Source of the DNA: Terrimicrobiaceae bacterium
GTDB taxonomy: Bacteria > Verrucomicrobiota > Verrucomicrobiia > Chthoniobacterales > Terrimicrobiaceae
Assembly (NCBI GenBank): GCA_041752695.1
Contig: JBGSVZ010000043.1
Location: 1-64,000, forward strand
Direction: 5' to 3'
DNA length: 64,000 nt
Within the stretch, counting starts at the first letter, position 1; each line of letters opens with the position of its first letter. A program made the translations under genes and the position numbers. Below the pieces are notes generated by a model. That model saw nothing but the letters and a program-made list of their open reading frames with translations, did no database searches and was not told the DNA's origin. Shown here one piece after another: positions 57,859 through 64,000 of this stretch.

Positions 57859-58104
57859 ATGAAAATTCTGACTTTGATTCTCCTCCTCGCCTCCGGCTGC
57901 CTCGTGCAGGCCGCTGAGGCGCAAAAACCGGTGTATCCACTCACCACCTGCGTGGTCTCGGGTAAAAAACTCGACTCCATGGGCGGACCCTTCATCACGC
58001 ACTACAACGGCGTGGAAGTTCGCTTTTGCTGCGAGCACTGCCAGCCGAAGTTTGAAAAGGATCCTGCGACGTTTCTGAAAAAAATTCAGGACGCCTCGAA
58101 ATAA
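57859..58104 (+). CDS. Small exported YHS/TRASH-like metal-binding protein
   Basis: Signal peptide; YPLTTCVVSG..RFCCEHC..FEKDP motifs. Confidence 0.8.
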   Translation: MKILTLILLLASGCLVQAAEAQKPVYPLTTCVVSGKKLDSMGGPFITHYNGVEVRFCCEHCQPKFEKDPATFLKKIQDASK

Positions 58105-58115
58105 CCTGCGGTTGC

Positions 58116-58138
58116 CCGCGGGTGTTTTGCACCCGCGG
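58116..58138. other. GC-rich intergenic hairpin before copA
   Basis: Perfect 9-bp stem CCGCGGGTG / CACCCGCGG with a 5-nt loop. Confidence 0.6.
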
Positions 58139-58155
58139 ACGACTTTTCTCATTTT

Positions 58156-60414
58156 ATGTCTGAGCAACACTGCTGCCATGGCGGGCATCACGCGTCGACG
58201 TCTGTCGCACCTACCAAGGAATGGTTCTGTCCCATGTGTCCGGGGGTGGAGTCCGACAAACCCGGCGCCTGTTCAAAATGTGGCATGGCCCTGGAGCGGA
58301 ATCCCGCGTTTGTCCGGGCTGCCACGTACACCTGTCCCATGCACCCCGAGGTGCGGTTGGATCATCCCGGCGAATGCCCGATCTGCGGGATGGCGCTGGA
58401 AGCGGTGCAACCCGAACCCGCCGAAGACAACGCCGAACTCCGCGATATGACGCGGCGGTTTTTCATCGGCCTGCCGCTGGCGCTGCCCGTTATTATACTC
58501 GCGATGGCTGAGCACGTCCCCTCCCTGCGGGTGCTGCCCCCGGTCGTGTCCGCCTGGATCCAATTCCTCCTCGCCACCCCCGTCGTGCTGTGGTGCGGGT
58601 GGCCGTTCTTCGAGCGGGGCTACCGATCCATCGTCTCCTGGCATTTGAACATGTTCACCCTCATCGCGCTGGGTACGGGGGCGGCTTATGTGTTTAGCGT
58701 CATTGTCTTGTTTTTCCCGGGATTGTTGCCGCATGAGATGCGGCACGACGGGATGCTGCCGGTGTATTTTGAGGCGGCTGCTGTGATCATTGTGCTGGTC
58801 TTGCTCGGCCAGGTGCTCGAACTCCGGGCACGCGCCGGAACGGGAGCTGCCATCAAGGCGCTCCTTGATCTCGCGCCGAAAATTGCCCATCGGGTTCGCG
58901 CCGGTGCTGAGCAGGATGTGCCACTCGATCAGGTGCAATCCGGGGATCTTCTCCGCGTGAAGCCGGGCGAAAAGGTGCCGGTGGATGGCGTGGTGACCGA
59001 AGGCCAGTCCGCGGTGGATGAATCCATGCTCACCGGCGAGCCCCTGCCCGTGGAGAAGGCGGTCGGCGCGCGTGTCGCGGGCGGAACGATCAACGGCAAC
59101 GGCAGTCTGGTTTTCCGCGCTGACCGGGTCGGGTCGGAAACCCTGCTCGCGCAGATCGTCCAGATGGTCGCGTCCGCCCAGCGGAGCCGCGCGCCGATTC
59201 AGCGCCTCGCCGATGTGGTCGCCGGGTGGTTTGTGCCAGCCGTCGTGACCGTTGCGGTGATCACGTTTTTCGTGTGGCTGTTTTTCGGTCCGGCACCCGC
59301 CTTAACGTACGCTTTGGTGAATGCTGTGGCGGTGCTGATCATTGCCTGCCCTTGTGCGCTCGGTCTGGCGACGCCGATGTCCATCATGGTCGCGGTGGGA
59401 CGGGGGGCGGGTTTGGGCGTGTTGATCAAGGAAGCTGCGGCGCTGGAGACGCTGGAAAAGGTTGACACGCTCGTGGTTGATAAAACCGGTACGCTCACCG
59501 AGGGCCGCCCTGCCGTCACGGCGGTCGCCGCCGTTTCCAGCGAGGACGAAGTGCTTGGTCTGGCGGCGGCTTTGGAAGCACAAAGCGAACACCCGCTGGC
59601 CGGGGCGGTGGTGCGGCTGGCCCAAGAACGTGGGCTCACCGCGGGCCGGGTGGAGGATTTTTCCGCCATCACGGGCGGTGGCGTGCGAGGCAGGGTCGAT
59701 GGCCGCTCCGTTCTCGTAGGCAAACGGGCCTTGCTGGAGGAGGCTGGGGTGGGGAATTTTGCCGCCTTGGAAAAGCAGGCCTTTGCTGCGCAGGCCGAGG
59801 GCCGGACCGTCATCTGGGTCGCCTGCGACGGAAAAGTCGCGGGATTTTTGGTCCTCTCCGACCCGGTGAAAAAGAGCACGTCCGAGGCCATCGAAGCGCT
59901 GCACAAGCTCGGTATCAAAATCAGCATGCTCACGGGCGATAATCTCCAAACCGCGGCGCATCTGGCAAAAAATCTCGGCATCGATGATTTCGTCGCTGAG
60001 GTCAGTCCGGCCGACAAACAATCTCGTGTCACCGCATGGAAAAAGCAGGGCCGCGTGGTGGCCATGGCGGGTGACGGCGTGAACGACGCCCCCGCGCTGG
60101 CGGCAGCGGATGTGGGCATTGCCATGGGCACCGGCACGGATGTGGCCATGGAAAGCGCCGGCATCACCCTGGTGAAGGGCGATCTGCGCGGCATCGTGCA
60201 GGCCATCGCCCTTAGTCGCGCCACTATGCGCAACATCCGGCAAAACCTGCTCTTTGCGTTTTTGTATAACGTCCTCGGAGTGCCGATCGCCGCGGGGGTC
60301 TTGTATCCGGTCTTCGGCATTCTGCTCAGCCCCATTATCGCCAGCGCGGCGATGTCGCTAAGCAGTGTCTCCGTCGTAGGCAACGCCCTGCGGCTTCGAA
60401 AGGTCAAATTATGA
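58156..60414 (+). CDS. copA: Cu(I)-translocating P1B-type ATPase
   Basis: CPMC/CPMH metal-binding domains, TGE, CPC, DKTGTLT, SEHP, GDGVND, YN and MSLSS motifs. Confidence 0.93.
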   Translation: MSEQHCCHGGHHASTSVAPTKEWFCPMCPGVESDKPGACSKCGMALERNPAFVRAATYTCPMHPEVRLDHPGECPICGMALEAVQPEPAEDNAELRDMTRRFFIGLPLALPVIILAMAEHVPSLRVLPPVVSAWIQFLLATPVVLWCGWPFFERGYRSIVSWHLNMFTLIALGTGAAYVFSVIVLFFPGLLPHEMRHDGMLPVYFEAAAVIIVLVLLGQVLELRARAGTGAAIKALLDLAPKIAHRVRAGAEQDVPLDQVQSGDLLRVKPGEKVPVDGVVTEGQSAVDESMLTGEPLPVEKAVGARVAGGTINGNGSLVFRADRVGSETLLAQIVQMVASAQRSRAPIQRLADVVAGWFVPAVVTVAVITFFVWLFFGPAPALTYALVNAVAVLIIACPCALGLATPMSIMVAVGRGAGLGVLIKEAAALETLEKVDTLVVDKTGTLTEGRPAVTAVAAVSSEDEVLGLAAALEAQSEHPLAGAVVRLAQERGLTAGRVEDFSAITGGGVRGRVDGRSVLVGKRALLEEAGVGNFAALEKQAFAAQAEGRTVIWVACDGKVAGFLVLSDPVKKSTSEAIEALHKLGIKISMLTGDNLQTAAHLAKNLGIDDFVAEVSPADKQSRVTAWKKQGRVVAMAGDGVNDAPALAAADVGIAMGTGTDVAMESAGITLVKGDLRGIVQAIALSRATMRNIRQNLLFAFLYNVLGVPIAAGVLYPVFGILLSPIIASAAMSLSSVSVVGNALRLRKVKL

Positions 60415-62036
60415 AATCCCTCATCCTGTTTCTTTGCGCCATGCTGCTCGCCGGCTGTTCCAAACCGCCCGCCGATGATGGCCGCAAAATCAAGCTCTAC
60501 CAAAGCCCGATGCACCCGTGGATCACGTCCGACAAACCGGGCAATTGCACTATCTGCGGGATGGCCCTCGTGCCGGTCTATGAAGGCGACCAGCCGCTCG
60601 AGAGCCGCGATGGCCTGATTTCGCTGCATGGCGATTCCGTCAATGTTATCGGCGTCACCACCGTGCCCGTGCGGCGGATCGAACTCACCCGCGCCCTGCG
60701 TTTCAGCGGCATCCTGGAGGATGATGAAAATATCCACCGCGTGATCGCCGCGTTTTACGATGGCCGGATCGAGCAGGTGAATGTTCTGCATGTCGGACAG
60801 TATCTGGAAAAAGGCCAGCCGCTGGCTTCGCTCTACAGTCCGGAGTTGCTTTACGTCGTTCGCGAATTTCAAAACGCCATGCGGGGCAAAAACGACGTGG
60901 CGGCCCGAAATTCCGCACAGCGGCTCATTCAATATGGCCTCACCGCGGAGCAACTCGCCGCCATCGCCAAGCAACCCGACAATGTTTATACCGTCGATCT
61001 GCTGGCGCCCATCAGCGGCACGGTGCTGACCAAGAAAGCCTACAAAGGCCAGTATATTAAAACCGGCGAACCACTCTTCGAGATGGGCGACCTCGCCAGG
61101 CTGTGGTTTCACGCGGAGGTGTATGAACGGGATCTGGCGGAAGTTCGCCTTGGGCAAAAAGCCATCCTCCGCACCCCGACCGTGCCGGGTCGCGAATTCG
61201 AGGGCGTAGTTACGTTTATTGATCCGAATTTTGACGCGCAGACCCGCAGCACGAAGGTCCGTATCGAGGTGGATAATCCGCCCGCCGAAGGGGATGGGCA
61301 GGGCCTTCGCCGGATTCTGCCGCACCGCGCTTATGCCGAGGCCTCCATTTTGGCCGAGGTGGGAGAAACTCTCGTTGTGCCTCGTTCCGCCGTCCTCCGC
61401 GACGGACGCCGCGAGGTCGTTTATCTCGATTCGGGCGAGGGAAAATACGAGCAGCGTTCCGTCAAAACCGGCCGCGTCGGGGACGAAGGCATCGAGATTC
61501 TGGAAGGCCTTGAGGAAGGGGACAAGGTTGTCACGCAGGGCAACCTCATGATCGACGCCGAGGCCCAGCTTCGCAGCGGGGTCGTGTCGTCCGGCGAAGT
61601 GAAACCGTCCGTTCCTCCGCAAAAAGACGCCGAGGCGTTTCTTCTCCAGTTGGCCAAGGTTTCCTCCGCTCTGGCTGCGGAGGACATCGTTGCCGCTGCC
61701 AAGGAAGCCCGGTCCCTGCATGATCTCGCGACGGCGATTCCCGGCGATTCGCTTCCCGATTTGGAGGCACTTAAAACCCTGGTGAATCCGTCCGGCAGTG
61801 ATCTGAGTGCGCTAAGGCAAAGTTTTCTTCCCTGGAGCCTTGGCGGCTCCGAGCTGGCGCTGGCCATGCAGCGTGGAGGACAGAAAACCGATCTGCACGT
61901 TTTCGAATGTCCCATGACGGGTGACAGTTTTCCCGGCGCACCGGAACAGGCCCGCTGGGTGCAGTCCGGCACCGATGTCCGCAATCCATATTTGGGTGCG
62001 GCCATGCTGACCTGTGGCGCGGAGATGAAACCATGA
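60411..62036 (+). CDS. cusB: CusB-like RND periplasmic adaptor with N-terminal metal-binding and C-terminal DUF3347-like domains
   Basis: Lipobox LAGC, PMHP..CTICGM, adaptor core, CPM..VRNPYLG..MLTCG. Confidence 0.85.
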   Translation: MKSLILFLCAMLLAGCSKPPADDGRKIKLYQSPMHPWITSDKPGNCTICGMALVPVYEGDQPLESRDGLISLHGDSVNVIGVTTVPVRRIELTRALRFSGILEDDENIHRVIAAFYDGRIEQVNVLHVGQYLEKGQPLASLYSPELLYVVREFQNAMRGKNDVAARNSAQRLIQYGLTAEQLAAIAKQPDNVYTVDLLAPISGTVLTKKAYKGQYIKTGEPLFEMGDLARLWFHAEVYERDLAEVRLGQKAILRTPTVPGREFEGVVTFIDPNFDAQTRSTKVRIEVDNPPAEGDGQGLRRILPHRAYAEASILAEVGETLVVPRSAVLRDGRREVVYLDSGEGKYEQRSVKTGRVGDEGIEILEGLEEGDKVVTQGNLMIDAEAQLRSGVVSSGEVKPSVPPQKDAEAFLLQLAKVSSALAAEDIVAAAKEARSLHDLATAIPGDSLPDLEALKTLVNPSGSDLSALRQSFLPWSLGGSELALAMQRGGQKTDLHVFECPMTGDSFPGAPEQARWVQSGTDVRNPYLGAAMLTCGAEMKP

Positions 62037-64000
62037 ACACCGAAGAACACCCCGGGCTGATCGCCTGGCTGGTGGATTGGTCGCTGCGCAATCGATTCCT
62101 CGTCGCTTGCGCCACGCTTCTGGTGATCGGGTGGGGAATCTGGGCGGTGCGCCACACGCCGGTCGATGCCATTCCGGATCTGAGCGAAAACCAGGTGATC
62201 GTTTATGCGGATTGGGCCGGCCGCAGTCCGCAGGAAGTGGAGGATCAGGTCACCTATCCGCTTTCCACGAATCTCCAGGGCCTCGCTGGCGTGAAGGAAG
62301 TGCGGGCGCAATCCATGTTCGGCTTTTCGCTGCTCACTGTCGTTTTCGACGACAGCATCGACAACTACTTTGCCCGCACCCGCGTGCTCGAGCGGCTGAG
62401 CTTTTTGCAGACGTTGCTGCCGGAAGCCGTCACGCCGCAACTCGGCCCCGACGCCACCGGGCTTGGCTGGGTTTATCAATATTACCTCAAGGTCGATCCG
62501 GCCAAAAGCCCGAACGGCGGTTACGATCTCGGCACGCTGCGGTCGTTGCAGGATTTTTTCCTGCGCTATCAACTCGCTGCGGTCGAAGGCGTAGCCGAAG
62601 TGGCCAGCGTGGGCGGCTTTGTGCGGCAGTATCAGGTGGCGGTGGACTCCGGGAAAATGCGGCAGGCCGGGGTGAATCTGCGCGAGGTGATGGACGCCCT
62701 GGCTAATAGCAACCTTAACGTTGGCGGCAAGGTCATCGAGGAAAATGGGATGGAATTTGTCGTGCGCGGCATTGGGCTGGTCAATTCCCTCGACGATCTT
62801 AAACGCATCGCCGTGCGCACCGAAGGCGGCCTGCCCATTTACCTGGAGGATATCGCGAGCATTTCCATGGGCGGGGATTTCCGCCGGGGTGCGCTCGATG
62901 TCGATGGCAACGAAGTCGTGGGCGGCGTGGTCGTGATGCGCACGGGCGAAAATGCCATGCGGGTGATCGAACGGGTGAAGGAAAAAATCGCCCGCATCGC
63001 GCCGAGCCTGCCTGCGGGAGTGACCATTGAACCGTTCTACGACCGCAGCGATCTCATTGATCGCACCATCGAGACGCTGCGCCATGCCCTCATTGAGGAA
63101 ATCATCCTCGTGACCCTCGCTCACATTATCTTTCTGTGGCACTTCCGCAGCATCCTCATCGTCACGATTCCGTTGCCGGTTTCGATTTTGATCTCGTTCA
63201 TCCTGATGGACGTGTTTGGCATTTCGTCGAATGTCATGTCGCTGGCTGGCATCGCCATCGCCATCGGCGTGCTGGTGGATGCGGCGATTGTCATGACGGA
63301 GAACGTCATCCGCCATAACGAGGAGGCGGAGAAGAAAAAGGGTTCCAAGCTCACGGCGCACGAGACACTGGAAGTGACCCGCGTCGCGGCCCGTCAGGTG
63401 GGCAGGCCGATCTTTTTTGCCATGGCCATCATTATCCTGGCGTTCCTGCCGGTCTTTGCCTTGGGCGGACAGGAAGGCAAACTTTTCCACCCGCTGGCCT
63501 TCACGAAGACCTTTGCCATGATCGGAGCGACGCTGTTGGGTGTGACGCTTGTGCCGGTCCTTTGCACCTGGTTGGTGCGCGGCCCTTTTCATGAGGAGAA
63601 GGACAATGTCGTAATGCGCTTTTTGATGCGCATCTATCGCCCGGCCTTGGAGTGGGCGCTGGGTCACGGGAAAACCGTGCTGCTTTGCGCCTTCGCCTTG
63701 CTGGCCGCAGCAGTCGTTCTGGCGTCCCGGATAGGCAGCGAGTTCATGCCGCCGCTGGAGGAGGGGAGTCTGCTATTTATGCCCGTCCTGCTTCCGAGCA
63801 CCTCGCTCACGGAAGTGAAGCGTGTGATGTCCTGGCAGGACCGCGTGATCAAGAGCGTGCCGGAAGTGGAGTCCGTCGCGGGAAAACTCGGCCGCGCCGA
63901 AACGCCCACCGATCCCGCCCCGGTGGAAATGATCGAAACCACCATCATGCTCAAACCGCGTTCCGCCTGGCGCGCGGGACTGACGAAGGAAAAGATCATC
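62033..64000 (+). CDS. cusA: CusA/CzcA heavy-metal RND permease, truncated by the window end
   Basis: Missing from the ORF track because it has no stop in the window. ATG at 62033; [43 protein letters not shown] and [11 protein letters not shown] motifs. Confidence 0.92.
   Translation, partial: MNTEEHPGLIAWLVDWSLRNRFLVACATLLVIGWGIWAVRHTPVDAIPDLSENQVIVYADWAGRSPQEVEDQVTYPLSTNLQGLAGVKEVRAQSMFGFSLLTVVFDDSIDNYFARTRVLERLSFLQTLLPEAVTPQLGPDATGLGWVYQYYLKVDPAKSPNGGYDLGTLRSLQDFFLRYQLAAVEGVAEVASVGGFVRQYQVAVDSGKMRQAGVNLREVMDALANSNLNVGGKVIEENGMEFVVRGIGLVNSLDDLKRIAVRTEGGLPIYLEDIASISMGGDFRRGALDVDGNEVVGGVVVMRTGENAMRVIERVKEKIARIAPSLPAGVTIEPFYDRSDLIDRTIETLRHALIEEIILVTLAHIIFLWHFRSILIVTIPLPVSILISFILMDVFGISSNVMSLAGIAIAIGVLVDAAIVMTENVIRHNEEAEKKKGSKLTAHETLEVTRVAARQVGRPIFFAMAIIILAFLPVFALGGQEGKLFHPLAFTKTFAMIGATLLGVTLVPVLCTWLVRGPFHEEKDNVVMRFLMRIYRPALEWALGHGKTVLLCAFALLAAAVVLASRIGSEFMPPLEEGSLLFMPVLLPSTSLTEVKRVMSWQDRVIKSVPEVESVAGKLGRAETPTDPAPVEMIETTIMLKPRSAWRAGLTKEKII

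Overview
GC-rich bacterial DNA, most likely Verrucomicrobiota (inferred from the PEP-CTERM proteins, prepilin-type proteins and C-terminal 'RFYR' domains). (1) 1-~9245 looks like one end of an integrated island. It holds an IS21-type end, an immunity/orphan-toxin array, a 1958-aa signal-peptide RHS toxin with a degenerate transglutaminase-like N-terminus, a small YD-repeat partner and an H-NS-like gene. It is bounded by short direct repeats and the 5' half of a tRNA-Arg(UCU) that still has a promoter. (2) 9.4-16 kb: pilin-like protein, PEP-CTERM subtilase, SRPBCC, DUF2585, peroxiredoxin, OmpA lipoprotein and FHA-ABC exporter. (3) 16-24 kb: a CP-ATP-grasp/alpha-E, transglutaminase and DUF2126 peptide-ligase cluster running into a GNAT plus histone-deacetylase pair. 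(4) 25-49 kb: an alpha-glucan utilisation locus with five GH13 proteins (one a 2770-aa GH13 plus GH57-like fusion), an MFS transporter, LacI, a pilin-like gene and PEP-CTERM proteins, but no SusC/SusD. (5) 49-57 kb: hybrid histidine kinase, oppBC, leuCD, GYF_2-like and NYN proteins. (6) 57-64 kb: copper locus (Cys/His-rich leader ORF ending in HAPP, YHS-like protein, CopA, CusB, CusA truncated by the window edge). All family calls come from motif recognition by eye; no searches were run.
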